From Myxococcota bacterium (lineage in GTDB: Bacteria; Myxococcota; XYA12-FULL-58-9; JALHOP01), in contig JBGGMJ010000086.1 in the NCBI GenBank assembly GCA_041288095.1, positions 1-49,715 on the forward strand: 49,715 bases of DNA, in the 5' to 3' direction. Both the position numbers and the translations under genes were made by a program. Positions 1 through 9,512 of the stretch are shown here, piece by piece. Position 1 is the stretch's first letter. Every line of letters starts with the position of its first letter. The notes under the pieces are model-generated. The model worked only from the letters and a program-made list of their open reading frames with translations, was not told where the DNA came from and ran no database searches.

Positions 1-1
1 G

Positions 2-313
2 TATACGCCGCGCGACACGCCAATCAGCATCGACGCGAGGCTCGATGGTCGCGCCGTAGTCGTCGAGGTCTCCGATCGCGGCCCCGGCTTCTCCGTCGAG
101 AACCCGCACATGCTATTCGAGAAGTTCGTGCGCGGTGGGCAGCGCGACCGAACTGGAGTCGGCTTGGGTCTCGCCATCGTCCGTGGCATCGTTCAGGCGC
201 ACGGCGGTGAGGTGCACGCCGAAAATAGGCAGGACGGCGGCGCCATCTTGCGCTTCACGATCCCTCTGGTCGGCGAGCCTCCAACAGTGCAGCTCGAGGA
301 GCGCACGGTATGA
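2..313 (+). CDS. kdpD: Sensor histidine kinase KdpD, C-terminal HATPase part (truncated by window start)
   Basis: Frame open from nt 2: YTPRDTPI...VEVSDRGPG (G1 box), LFEKFVRG (F box), GVGLGLAIVRGIVQAHGG (G2 box); stop overlaps kdpE start (ATGA). Confidence 0.85.
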   Translation, partial: YTPRDTPISIDARLDGRAVVVEVSDRGPGFSVENPHMLFEKFVRGGQRDRTGVGLGLAIVRGIVQAHGGEVHAENRQDGGAILRFTIPLVGEPPTVQLEERTV

Positions 314-1008
314 GCATCCGCACCCACGTGCTCGTGGTGGAAGACGAGGCGCCCATGCGCAAGTTCTTGCGCACGGCGCTCGTTGCCCATGACTTCGACG
401 TGAGCGAAGCGCAAAGCGCCAGCGAAGCCATCGAGCGCGTCACCACGCAGCCACCTGACATCGTCTTGCTCGACCTGGGGCTCCCAGACGGCGACGGCAT
501 CGAGGTCACGAAGAAGCTGCGGGAGTGGAGCCGCGTGCCGATCATCGTCTTGTCGGCGCGCGGGCTCGAATCCGACAAGGTGCAAGCCTTGGACGCGGGT
601 GCCGACGACTACGTCACCAAGCCGTTTGGAGTTGCCGAGTTGCTCGCACGCATGCGCGTTGCTCTGCGACACCGCTCAGAAGCCTCCGGAGAGGCCAAGC
701 AAGTCATTAGCGCCGGGGACGTCGTCATCGATCTGACTCGCCGCGACGTCAAAGCGCGCGACGTTGACGTGAAGCTTACCCCTCTCGAGTACCGACTGCT
801 GGTCATGCTCGTGAAAAACGCCGGCAAGGTGCTCACGCATCGCCAGCTCCTCGTCGAAGTCTGGGGCGCAGCGTACGCCAACCAGACGCATTACTTGCGG
901 GTCTACACCGCGCAACTCCGTCGCAAGATCGAGATCGATCCGGCGCAACCCAAGAATCTGCTCACCGAGTCGGGGGTTGGCTACCGCTTCCGCGCTCCGG
1001 AGCGTTGA
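310..1008 (+). CDS. kdpE: OmpR-family response regulator KdpE
   Basis: REC (VLVVEDE, LLDLGLPDGDG, LREWSRVPIIVLSAR, KPF) plus winged helix with KdpE-typical GKVLTHRQLL, THYLRVY, LLTESGVGYRF. Confidence 0.92.
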   Translation: MSIRTHVLVVEDEAPMRKFLRTALVAHDFDVSEAQSASEAIERVTTQPPDIVLLDLGLPDGDGIEVTKKLREWSRVPIIVLSARGLESDKVQALDAGADDYVTKPFGVAELLARMRVALRHRSEASGEAKQVISAGDVVIDLTRRDVKARDVDVKLTPLEYRLLVMLVKNAGKVLTHRQLLVEVWGAAYANQTHYLRVYTAQLRRKIEIDPAQPKNLLTESGVGYRFRAPER

Positions 1009-1014
1009 GGACCC

Positions 1015-2283
1015 ATGCTCACCGGTCTCATCACCGCCTGCTTGCTGACCGAACCGTTCGCTTTCGCGGACTTTACCTGGGTGCCAGGGAACGGCCGCAC
1101 CCACGAGTCACCACTCGCTAGCGAGCATTTCACGGGCGAGCTGCGCGTCGACACGTCTTATCACTATAGCTTCGCGCGACCGGTCGACGACACCATCTCC
1201 GGGTCGAGCGAGGTCTTTCGTCACGGCGAGCTGCATCTCACCTATCTGGGCGTCGGCGGCGACTTTCACTATGAAGGCGTGCACGCCCGCCTGATGACGC
1301 AGTTCGGTCTCTACTCGCAGACCACACCGCGCAACGACACGAGCACCGCGCGGGGTCAGTGGCGCCTCGACGACGCCTACCGCTACATCTCGGAAGCGTA
1401 CGGCGGCTACCACCTCGCCGTGCTCTCCGGCATCAACATCCAGGCCGGTATCTTCATGTCGTACATCGGCCTCTGGAGCTACTACCAAGCCGACAACTGG
1501 ACCTATCAACCGTCCCTCGTGTCCTCGAACACACCGTGGTTCTTCAGTGGTGCGCGTCTGCAGATCTTCGTGAACGACCACCTCAAGATCGAACCGTGGC
1601 TGGTCAACGGGTGGCAATCGTACGGACGCTTCAACGACGCCCCGGGCGGTGGCGCGCAGATTCTCTGGCGACCCACCGGCTCGCTGTCGCTGGTCACCAA
1701 CAACTACGCCGGCAAGGACACGTTGGGGGTCAAAGGCCGTCGCCGCTTTCACACCGACAACAGCGTCATGGCCAAGGTCTACGACGCGCCCGGTGCCGGG
1801 CTCAGCAAAGTAGCAGTCTCACTCACCGCCGATGCAGGTTGCGAGGATGGCGGTGGTGTCCGCTGCAGCGATCAATATTTTCTCGCGTTCATGTTGTACG
1901 CGCGCGTCTGGTTCCTCTCCGATCTCTTCGCGGTTACCGCCGGCGGCGGCGCCCTCACCAATCCCGGACGCTACTTGGTGCTGCTGCCGCCGATAAACGG
2001 TGCGACCGCCTTTTCGGGCACTCCGTATTTCACCACCCAGCCCGGGGACACCTTCAAAGCCTGGGACGTGCAGCTGACCCTGGACTTCATGCCGCGGGAC
2101 CAGATCACCTTCCGCTTCGAGTACAATCACCGCCAAGCCAACGTGCCCTACTTCACCGGCCACGGCGGCGTCACCCCGCCCGGGGGTAACAACGGCCCTC
2201 CTGGATCCGTCGTAGCGGACTGGGTGCCGGACCTCGACGTCGCCGAGAATCGCCTTACCATAGCGCTCCTAGTCAAAATCTAG
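1015..2283 (+). CDS. Outer-membrane beta-barrel protein (OmpL-like/bbp2-type putative porin)
   Basis: Signal peptide ending AFA; alternating aromatic beta-strands; EAYGGY, GIFMSYIG, NWTYQPS, TPWFFSG, LVNGW motifs; RBS GAGGA; 6 bp after kdpE. Confidence 0.72.
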   Translation: MLTGLITACLLTEPFAFADFTWVPGNGRTHESPLASEHFTGELRVDTSYHYSFARPVDDTISGSSEVFRHGELHLTYLGVGGDFHYEGVHARLMTQFGLYSQTTPRNDTSTARGQWRLDDAYRYISEAYGGYHLAVLSGINIQAGIFMSYIGLWSYYQADNWTYQPSLVSSNTPWFFSGARLQIFVNDHLKIEPWLVNGWQSYGRFNDAPGGGAQILWRPTGSLSLVTNNYAGKDTLGVKGRRRFHTDNSVMAKVYDAPGAGLSKVAVSLTADAGCEDGGGVRCSDQYFLAFMLYARVWFLSDLFAVTAGGGALTNPGRYLVLLPPINGATAFSGTPYFTTQPGDTFKAWDVQLTLDFMPRDQITFRFEYNHRQANVPYFTGHGGVTPPGGNNGPPGSVVADWVPDLDVAENRLTIALLVKI

Positions 2284-3986
2284 TCGTAAAGCGGATGCTC
2301 GTAACCGCCGACTTCGTAGGCTTCCGGGGCAATGACCGCCATCCGGGCGTCGTCATTGTTGTCGATGGTCGTGAAGTTGCCCTCGACGCGGCGTGCGGCG
2401 CGGGTGCAGAACGTTTCCGCGACGTGATGCTCACGCGAGGAGAGCTTGTCGCCTTCGGCGGACGCGCGTGAGACCGTCGCGATCTGCGCGAAGATGTCCA
2501 TGGCGGCGTGCGCGAGACGCCGCTGTTGCCACTGACGATCCTGCACCTTCTTGCCATGTTTGCGCAGCATGCCTTCGGAGGCCTCGCGGAGACCCTTCAC
2601 TTGACCGGCGACTGGATCCGCTAAAGCGGTCACTCTTGCATGCGCCATGCGAATGGCGTCTGGTCGCAAGCCACGGGTGATCCGCCCCCGCAGGTAGTCG
2701 GCGACCACGCCGATCGAGCGGATGGGATCGTTGAGCTCGACGCTCGCGAGATCCTTGAGCTCGTCCGCCAGCGGTTTCAGACCAGTCAGCGCGATAAAGC
2801 AGCGCATGACGTCGTTCGACCCCTCGAAGATCGGGAAGATGCGCAGGTCGCGCAGCAGCTTCTCGTACGGCTGGTCCTTCATGTAGGCGAGGCCGCCGAC
2901 CAGTTGGAAGACCCGGTTCGCCGCATACCAGATGAACTCGGTGGCGGCGACCTTCACCATCGCGGACTCGATGGAATAGTCGGCGACACCGCGGTCGACC
3001 ATGCCGGTGGTCAGATACGACATCGACTCGAGACCGTAGAGCTGGCTCACGAGCCAGCCGATCTTGTCCTGCACGAGCTCGAAGTCCGCGAGCTTGTGAC
3101 CGAACTGCCGGCGCTCGTGGATGTGCCTGATGACCATGTTCAAGAGCAGCTTGGTCGCGCCGACGCAGCCGGTCCCCAGTGACATGCGTCCGTTATTGAG
3201 GACGTGCACGGCGATCTTGAAACCCTCGCCGGGTCTGCCGAGCAAGTTTGCTTTCGGTACCTTCATGTCGCGATAGCGGAGATGGCAGAGGTTGTTGCCG
3301 TGCAACCCCATGGTCTCGTAGCGCTTCACGAATTCGAAGCCGGGCATGCCCTTCTCGATGATGAAGGCGACGTGACCCTGGGCCGAGCGCGCGAAGGTTA
3401 CGAGCACGTCCTTGTTGCCGTTGCCGATCCAGCGCTTCTCGCCGTTCACGACCCAGCTGCCGTCCGGCTTTTCGTCGGCCCAGGTCTCGATGTTGTAGGC
3501 GTCGGAGCCGGCATTCGGCTCCGTCAAAGCGAACCCCGCGAGCTTCTTGCCGGTGGCGAGATCGGGCAGCAGCCGCTCCTTCTGCTCCTTGGAGCCGAAG
3601 AGGTGGATGCCCTTCATGCCGATCGACTGATGGACGCCCATAATGACAGCGAGCGTCGCGTCGATGCGGCCGAACTCCTCGGACACGCGGCAATAGCCGG
3701 TCTGCGTGAGACCTGCCCCACCGAGCTCGCGCGACACGTACAAGCCCATGAGGCCGCGTTCACCGAGCTCGCGGATCTTGTCGTCGCCGATCCAACCGTC
3801 GGCTTCGACCTTGCGAGGGTCGTAGCCCTTACCGAACTCGCGCGCCTGTTGGACCAGACCGCGGACGCGCGCGTCCTCGTCTTTTTCCATCAGCGGAAAC
3901 GGAAACACGAGCTCGTCGTGAATCTCGCCGAGAAACAGGGACTTGCTGAACGACGACGGCTGCTCGTTATTCGTATTGGCGGTCAT
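2280..3986 (-). CDS. Acyl-CoA dehydrogenase (VLCAD/ACAD9-like)
   Basis: SFSKSLFLG, FALTEPNAGSDA, NGEKRWIGNG, LNNGR, RRQFG, RIFPIFEGSND; long C-terminal extension. Confidence 0.92.
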   Translation of the reverse strand: MTANTNNEQPSSFSKSLFLGEIHDELVFPFPLMEKDEDARVRGLVQQAREFGKGYDPRKVEADGWIGDDKIRELGERGLMGLYVSRELGGAGLTQTGYCRVSEEFGRIDATLAVIMGVHQSIGMKGIHLFGSKEQKERLLPDLATGKKLAGFALTEPNAGSDAYNIETWADEKPDGSWVVNGEKRWIGNGNKDVLVTFARSAQGHVAFIIEKGMPGFEFVKRYETMGLHGNNLCHLRYRDMKVPKANLLGRPGEGFKIAVHVLNNGRMSLGTGCVGATKLLLNMVIRHIHERRQFGHKLADFELVQDKIGWLVSQLYGLESMSYLTTGMVDRGVADYSIESAMVKVAATEFIWYAANRVFQLVGGLAYMKDQPYEKLLRDLRIFPIFEGSNDVMRCFIALTGLKPLADELKDLASVELNDPIRSIGVVADYLRGRITRGLRPDAIRMAHARVTALADPVAGQVKGLREASEGMLRKHGKKVQDRQWQQRRLAHAAMDIFAQIATVSRASAEGDKLSSREHHVAETFCTRAARRVEGNFTTIDNNDDARMAVIAPEAYEVGGYEHPLYD

Positions 3987-4001
3987 ACCGCCAAAGTAAG
4001 C

Positions 4002-5186
4002 TCAGACCGCGAGCTTGGCAGGCCTGCCGAAGAAATAGCCCTGGAAGATGTCGCAGCCCAGATCGACCAAGCAGTCGCGCTCGGCTGCGTTCTCGACGCC
4101 TTCGACGACGAGCATCCAACCGAGCTCGCGACCCAGGGCCGCGACACCGCGAACCAATTTCTGCTTGGTTGGGCTCAGGTGAATGTCGCGGGTCAAGGCC
4201 ATGTCGACCTTCACGACCTCGGGCTCGAGATCGACGAGCGAGCCTAGACCTGCGTATCCCGCGCCGAGGTCATCGACGGCGATGCGAAAGCCGACGGCGC
4301 GCAGGCGCTTCAATCGGTCGCGCATATCGGAGACCTCGTCGAGCGCCACACGCTCGGTGATCTCGAGGACGACACGCTGCGCATGACGGGTGAGCGGAGA
4401 GTCCTCTTGGTAGAGCTGCTCGTCCATCAGCTCCAGCGCGTGCAGATTGATGAAGGCGTCGATATCCGCGGTGCGCGTGAGCTCGTCGGAGACACGCTGG
4501 CGCACCGTGCGGCCCAGCTCGCCAACACCATTCAATCGTTCGGCGGCGTCGAGAATCGTCGCGGGATTCGATAGCTCCTTGGCGGTCGAGCGCAACAACG
4601 CTTCGTAGGCGATGGTGCAGCCGCGCGAATGCGAAATGATGGGTTGATAGGCCATCCACAGATTCGATAACGCGGAGTCGAACTGGGCCTCGAGCACACG
4701 CTGCTCGTTGGCGCGCTCCTCGGCCTCATGATTGCGCTCGCGGCGGCGCGCTTTGAACTCCTCGCTCGCCTCCCGCACGGTCGCGACGATGCTCTCGGGA
4801 CTCGACGCCTTGGTCACGAAGCGAAAGACGTTGCCCTCGTTGACCGCGTTCACCGCCACCTGGAAGTCCGAGTTGCCGGTGAGCAAGAGGCGGACGGTGT
4901 TTGGCGTGCTAAGGCGGACGAGGCGGAGAAAACGAACGCCGTCGACGGAGCCCATCTCGTAGTCCGAGAGCACCACGGCGAACTCGCTGTGGCCGAGCAG
5001 CGTCAACGCTTCGTTGGGACCGCAGGCGACGGTGACGTCCCAACCATCGACCTCGAGCAAGCGGCGAATCGAGCGCGAATACGTCGGGTCGTCGTCGACC
5101 ACGAGGATACGACGCGAAGGGTCGGTCACTTGTGTCACGCGGCGTGGCGTCCCAACGTCGGCATGTATGCTTTCCACCGTCATCAT
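4002..5186 (-). CDS. Response regulator with EAL domain (c-di-GMP phosphodiesterase)
   Basis: REC (ILVVDDD, LSDYEM, LLTG, VTK) followed by intact EAL motifs EALLR, FINL, LEITE, DDLGAGY, VKVD, VEGVE, QGY. Confidence 0.9.
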   Translation of the reverse strand: MMTVESIHADVGTPRRVTQVTDPSRRILVVDDDPTYSRSIRRLLEVDGWDVTVACGPNEALTLLGHSEFAVVLSDYEMGSVDGVRFLRLVRLSTPNTVRLLLTGNSDFQVAVNAVNEGNVFRFVTKASSPESIVATVREASEEFKARRRERNHEAEERANEQRVLEAQFDSALSNLWMAYQPIISHSRGCTIAYEALLRSTAKELSNPATILDAAERLNGVGELGRTVRQRVSDELTRTADIDAFINLHALELMDEQLYQEDSPLTRHAQRVVLEITERVALDEVSDMRDRLKRLRAVGFRIAVDDLGAGYAGLGSLVDLEPEVVKVDMALTRDIHLSPTKQKLVRGVAALGRELGWMLVVEGVENAAERDCLVDLGCDIFQGYFFGRPAKLAV

Positions 5187-5214
5187 GGGCCTACTCCCGT
5201 TCGAGCCTAAGGAG

Positions 5215-5231
5215 AGCAGATCACGTGCCAG
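5215..5231 (-). promoter_or_regulatory. sigma54 (RpoN) -24/-12 promoter of the REC-EAL gene
   Basis: Minus strand reads CTGGCACGTGATCTGCT (TGGCACG-N4-CTGC, GG-N10-GC), ending 28 bp upstream of the ATG, with a GGGAG RBS between. Confidence 0.7.
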
Positions 5232-5309
5232 TGCGATCAGAGGCTAAAACGGGCAAGACACACCGATCGCCATAGCGGATCACCAATGGCCATCGGGGTG
5301 AGCTTCGAC

Positions 5310-5328
5310 CAGGGTCAGACAGACCCTG
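5310..5328. repeat. Perfect 7-bp inverted repeat CAGGGTC-N5-GACCCTG (terminator hairpin or activator site)
   Basis: Lies just downstream of the M20 peptidase stop and about 80 bp upstream of the sigma54 site; no clear U-tract. Confidence 0.4.
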
Positions 5329-5334
5329 TATAGT

Positions 5335-6705
5335 CTACTTAGCCTGGGAAAGCTCTAAAATCAGCTTCCAGTAGAGCTCGAGACCCTGGCGGATGGATTT
5401 GACCGGGACCCGTTCGTCGATGCCGTGCGACCTTGGTCCATCCGCCTCGAGGCCGGGGAATGGCGAGAAGCCGTAGGAGGCGATGCCTTTCTCGCGGGTG
5501 AAGCGCGAATCGGTGGTGCCGACACCGAAGACGGGGATGACGGGGACTTTCGGCCAAGTCTCCCCAACCACCTTTTTCAACGCATCGACGAACTCGCCGG
5601 TCAGCGGCGACGGCGGTCCAGCACCCCAGCTGGCCTCGGGTGTGATGGTCACTTCGGGATCCGCGATGACGGCCTTCAGACGCTGCTCGAGAGCCTCGAC
5701 GGTCTCGTCGGGAAGGATGCGGCAATTGAGATTGGCGCGCGCCGACGGCGGCAGTGCGTTCACCTTGGTGCCGGCGGAGAGCATCGTGGCGACGCACGTG
5801 GTGCGCATTTGCGCGGCAAGGATCGGATTCTTCTCGACCTGCGCCAGGGCATCACGCGGCAAGGCGTTGTCGGGTGCGTCCGCCAAAGCAAGCATGGCTT
5901 TGGCCGTCTGCGGGTCCTCGAGCGGCGCACGGGCCTTGAAGTAGGCGCGCATCACCGGGATGAGACGCGGCGGGGCGTCGGCTCCTTCGACACGCGACAG
6001 AGCGCGGGCGAGCTTGTAGATGGCGTTGTCTTTGCGCGGCACCGAGGCGTGGCCGGTAGTGCCCGTCGTGGTCACCGCGAAGTCGCGATAGATCTTGTGC
6101 ACGACCTCGTAGGAGACGAAGAACGGCGTGGAGCCCGGTTCCTTGGTGATCGTCGAGCCACCCTCGTTGAGCACCAAGCCCGTGTTGGCAAGCTCGGGCT
6201 TCTGCTCGAGGAGCTTACGCAGCCCGAGGCCGCCTGACTCCTCGTCGCCAGTGAGCACCAGCAGCACATCGCGGCGGAGCTTCACGCCTTGGCGTTTGAG
6301 CTGGATGAACAGCTCGAGATTGCCGACGACCAGCGACAGGTCATCGCGGACACCGCGGCCATAGAGATAACCGTCCTTTTCGGTGACGGTGTGCGGTGGT
6401 GTCGACCAGGCTTGCCCTTCGACCCCAACCACGTCGGTGTGCGCGAGCAACATGAGCGGCTTCTCGTCACCCTTGCCGGGCAAACGAGCCACTAGATTCG
6501 TGCGGCCGGGCGCGAAGTCGGTCACTTCGACGGCGATGCCCTCCTTCTTCAACCGCGCCGCTATGATGGACACGGCTCGAGCTTCGTTTCCCGGCGGATT
6601 GGTGGTGTCGGCTGCGACGAGGCTGCTCATCACCGCGCGGTAGTCGGTGGCGAGAGCATCGAAGTCGGGCGGCGCGGCGAGAACGACGAGAGCGGCTAGG
6701 ATCAT
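5335..6705 (-). CDS. Secreted M20/M25/M40 family metallo-hydrolase
   Basis: Signal peptide; DTTNPPGNE, LLAHTDVV, GRGVRDD, GDEESGG, LNEGG, GHAS, GTTDSR, HGIDERV. Confidence 0.9.
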   Translation of the reverse strand: MILAALVVLAAPPDFDALATDYRAVMSSLVAADTTNPPGNEARAVSIIAARLKKEGIAVEVTDFAPGRTNLVARLPGKGDEKPLMLLAHTDVVGVEGQAWSTPPHTVTEKDGYLYGRGVRDDLSLVVGNLELFIQLKRQGVKLRRDVLLVLTGDEESGGLGLRKLLEQKPELANTGLVLNEGGSTITKEPGSTPFFVSYEVVHKIYRDFAVTTTGTTGHASVPRKDNAIYKLARALSRVEGADAPPRLIPVMRAYFKARAPLEDPQTAKAMLALADAPDNALPRDALAQVEKNPILAAQMRTTCVATMLSAGTKVNALPPSARANLNCRILPDETVEALEQRLKAVIADPEVTITPEASWGAGPPSPLTGEFVDALKKVVGETWPKVPVIPVFGVGTTDSRFTREKGIASYGFSPFPGLEADGPRSHGIDERVPVKSIRQGLELYWKLILELSQAK

Positions 6706-8054
6706 CTCGCCGCGGTTAGCTCACGGGCCATGGCTACCGCAAGCTCGAGCGACTGAGCGTAGTTCAGGCGCGGGTCACAAAGCGTCGCATAGTTGCGATT
6801 CAAGTCATCGTCGGCGAGGCCCATGGCGCCGCCCACGCACTCGGTGACGTTCTCGCCAGTGAGCTCGACGTGGACACCGCCGAAGACCGTGCCCAGCTCG
6901 CGATGCACGGCGATCGACGCGCGTACTTCTTCGATGACGTCACCCACGTCACGCGTCTTCATGCCGGCCGTGGTGCCGCGCGTGTTGCCGTGCATCGGAT
7001 CGCAGACCCAGAGCACGCGCTTCTTTGCGTGCTCGATAGCGCGCACCCACCCCGGCAAAACGTCGCCTACCTTCGCCGCGCCGATGCGGGCGATGAGCAC
7101 GAGCTTGCCTGCCGCGTTCGACGGGTTGAGCACCTCGATGAGGCGAAGGACCTCGTCGGCGGTGGCCTTCGGGCCGATCTTCACGCCGATGGGATTGACG
7201 ATGCCGCGGAAGTACTCGATGTGCGGCCCGTCCAGAGCGCGCGTGCGCTCGCCGACCCAAGGGAAGTGGGTGGTGAGATCGTAGTAGCCCTGGCGGCGCG
7301 GTACACGGCGGGTCTGCGCGGCTTCGTAGTGCAGATTCAGTCCTTCGTGACTGATGAAGAACTCGACGCCGGTGAGTGCGGCATCGCGGACATCGAGCGC
7401 CGCCGCGAGGTCGAGGACACGACGCAGACTCTCGCGGGCGCGGCCGTAGGCGTTGCGCAACTCGGGAGCGAGCTCTTGAGCGCGGTCACCGAGCTCCCAA
7501 TTTTCGGGATGGTGCGGATCAGCGAAGCCGCCGTGCACGAGCGAGCGTACGAAGTTCAAGGTCATGGCGGCGTGCTGGTAGCCGTCCACTAGGCGCATGG
7601 GGTCGGGCTTGCGAGCCGCGGCGGTCGCCTCGTGCCGGTTCACCAAGTCGCCCTGGTAGCTGTGCAGCTCGACGCTTCCGCCGTCGGCCGTCTTGACGGT
7701 CTCGAACGGGTTGCTGCGCGGCTTGGCGTATTGCCCGGCCAGTCTGCCAACGCGGATGACCGGCTTCTTGGTGGCATCGAGGAGGACGAGGGACATCTGC
7801 AGCAGGATCTTGAGCTTGCTGGTGACGATGTCGCTCGTGCAGTCGGCGAGCGACTCGGCGCAGTCTCCGCCTTGCAGCCAGAGGCGCTTGCCGTCTTGGG
7901 CTTCGGCGATCAGCTCGCGCAGGCGCTCGACCTCCCAGGAAGTCACCAGGGGCGGCAGGCTCTCGAGCTTCGCCTTGGCGACGGTCAGGGCCTCGGCATC
8001 GGGGTAGAGCGTGCTCGTCGCTTTCGCGGTCCAGCTGTCGGGGGTCCACTCCAT
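6702..8054 (-). CDS. Class II 3-deoxy-7-phosphoheptulonate (DAHP) synthase
   Basis: LQGGDCAES, GRLAGQYAKPRS, SHEGL, WVGERTR, NPIGVKIGP, CDPMHGNT, GGVHVELTG, CDPRLN. Confidence 0.95.
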   Translation of the reverse strand: MEWTPDSWTAKATSTLYPDAEALTVAKAKLESLPPLVTSWEVERLRELIAEAQDGKRLWLQGGDCAESLADCTSDIVTSKLKILLQMSLVLLDATKKPVIRVGRLAGQYAKPRSNPFETVKTADGGSVELHSYQGDLVNRHEATAAARKPDPMRLVDGYQHAAMTLNFVRSLVHGGFADPHHPENWELGDRAQELAPELRNAYGRARESLRRVLDLAAALDVRDAALTGVEFFISHEGLNLHYEAAQTRRVPRRQGYYDLTTHFPWVGERTRALDGPHIEYFRGIVNPIGVKIGPKATADEVLRLIEVLNPSNAAGKLVLIARIGAAKVGDVLPGWVRAIEHAKKRVLWVCDPMHGNTRGTTAGMKTRDVGDVIEEVRASIAVHRELGTVFGGVHVELTGENVTECVGGAMGLADDDLNRNYATLCDPRLNYAQSLELAVAMARELTAAR

Positions 8055-8093
8055 GGCGGGTGGATATGCCCGAGCGGAGGCGGTTTGGCGAGC

Positions 8094-8870
8094 CTAGGCG
8101 GCGACGGAGCGCTCCGCGATGATGGCGTGAAGCCGCTCGATGCTTACGGGCTTCTGCAAGACCGGGACGTTCCATGATTCACCAGCCGCCGCGAAGCGGT
8201 CACTGCCGGTGACGAAGACGAAGCGCTTGCGCCAGCCGTCGCTCAAGCTGACGGCTCGGGCATAGAGATCGAGGCCGGACATGCCGGGCATGACGATGTC
8301 GGCGACCACGAAGCTCGGTGGATTCCCGGCGTGGATACGCCCGAGCGCGTCGAGCGGCGAGGTGACGAAGGCCGCGTCGATCTTGTTGGCGAAAAAACGC
8401 TGATAGCTGCGGAGAATGCTGGCGTCGTCGTCGACGAACAGGAATTGCTTGGAGGTAGGCATGGTGATGCCGGGCAGCGTAGGGCTCACGATGCCTGGGC
8501 GATCGCCGTAGACGCAGCGCTCGATCTCGGCAAGCAGCTCGCTCACGTCGCGCTTCTTGGGCGCGCAGCCATTGACGCCATAGCGGACAACCGCATCCTG
8601 CAGCCGGCGCAATGGTTGACCGGAATAAATAATGACAGGGACGACGTGGTTTGGATCGTTGGCGCGCACGCCGCGAATCACTTCGCCACAGTCGACGTCG
8701 GGCATCATGATGTCGACGATGATCGCGGCGGGCCGACAGCGCGAAACCTGCTCAGCGGCTTCGGCGGGGCTACTCGCGGCGACGACATCGTAACCCACGC
8801 CCTCGAGCTGAGAGCGCAACCAGGCAATCACGATGTCGCTATCATCCACGATCAAGATCTTGCGACGCAT
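8094..8870 (-). CDS. Response regulator with two receiver domains and no output domain
   Basis: Start chosen at MRRKILIVDD (RBS GAGGA). REC1: VDD, DIMMP, YSG, K. REC2: FVDDD, DIVMP, VTG, QKP. Confidence 0.82.
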   Translation of the reverse strand: MRRKILIVDDSDIVIAWLRSQLEGVGYDVVAASSPAEAAEQVSRCRPAAIIVDIMMPDVDCGEVIRGVRANDPNHVVPVIIYSGQPLRRLQDAVVRYGVNGCAPKKRDVSELLAEIERCVYGDRPGIVSPTLPGITMPTSKQFLFVDDDASILRSYQRFFANKIDAAFVTSPLDALGRIHAGNPPSFVVADIVMPGMSGLDLYARAVSLSDGWRKRFVFVTGSDRFAAAGESWNVPVLQKPVSIERLHAIIAERSVAA

Positions 8871-8916
8871 CGAACGACGCTCCTCGGTGAAGGCATCGAC
8901 ACGATCGCATTGTAGA

Positions 8917-9444
8917 TTAACTGCGTATGAATTCAGCCTCGAGATTGATGGACACTTTGTCACCCACGGCCACACCACCCTTGTCGAGGTTGGCGTTCCA
9001 AACGAGGCCGTAGTCCTTGCGGTCGATGGTGGTGCTGGCGCGGGCGCCGCGGCGGACAATGCCGTAGGGGTCGGTAATCGCCTCGGTCAGCTCTTCCACG
9101 GCAAGCTTCACCTCGCGCGTCACGCCGTGAATGGTGAGGTCACCGGTGACTTCGATGTTGGCGCCGTTTTTGCGGACCGCCTTCGAGGTGAAGGTCAACG
9201 TGGGGAACTTGGCCACGTCGAAAAAGTCGGCGCTCTTCAAGTGAGCGTCGCGCTTCTCGTCGCGGGAGCTGATGCTCGCGGCGTCGATGGTGACGTTCAC
9301 CTTGGAGCGCTCGAGGTTCGTGTCGTCGATGACGGCCTCGCCTGAGAGCTTCGTGAACTCGCCTCGGACGTTGCTCACCATCATGTGGCGGACCGAAAAC
9401 TGTGCGTGGGTATGGGACGGATCAACTTTGTATTGAGTGCTCAT
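8917..9444 (-). CDS. yceI: YceI family lipid/polyisoprenoid-binding protein
   Basis: VDPSHTHAQFSVRHMMVSNVRGEF, RDAHLKSADFFD, GDLTIHGVT, IDRKDYG. Confidence 0.92.
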   Translation of the reverse strand: MSTQYKVDPSHTHAQFSVRHMMVSNVRGEFTKLSGEAVIDDTNLERSKVNVTIDAASISSRDEKRDAHLKSADFFDVAKFPTLTFTSKAVRKNGANIEVTGDLTIHGVTREVKLAVEELTEAITDPYGIVRRGARASTTIDRKDYGLVWNANLDKGGVAVGDKVSINLEAEFIRS

Positions 9445-9497
9445 GAGCCAACGATGCCTGCGTCGCGAGTATTTGCAAAATCGATAGTGCGGATACT

Positions 9498-9512
9498 ATG
9501 CATAGGGTTCAT
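9498..9512. promoter_or_regulatory. Candidate LysR T-N11-A box in the yceI/LysR divergent spacer
   Basis: ATG-N9-CAT dyad (T9499-N11-A9511) overlapping the LysR start; adjacent ATAGT-N6-ACTAT dyad at 9484-9499. Confidence 0.4.

Noticed and set aside
8871..9059. N-terminal extensions in the ORF track (also 37729-37992, 41221-41490, 33365-33643, 27693-27836, 44432-44770)
   Set aside because: They overlap neighbouring genes; downstream starts fit the RBS and domain boundaries, so these are not fusions.
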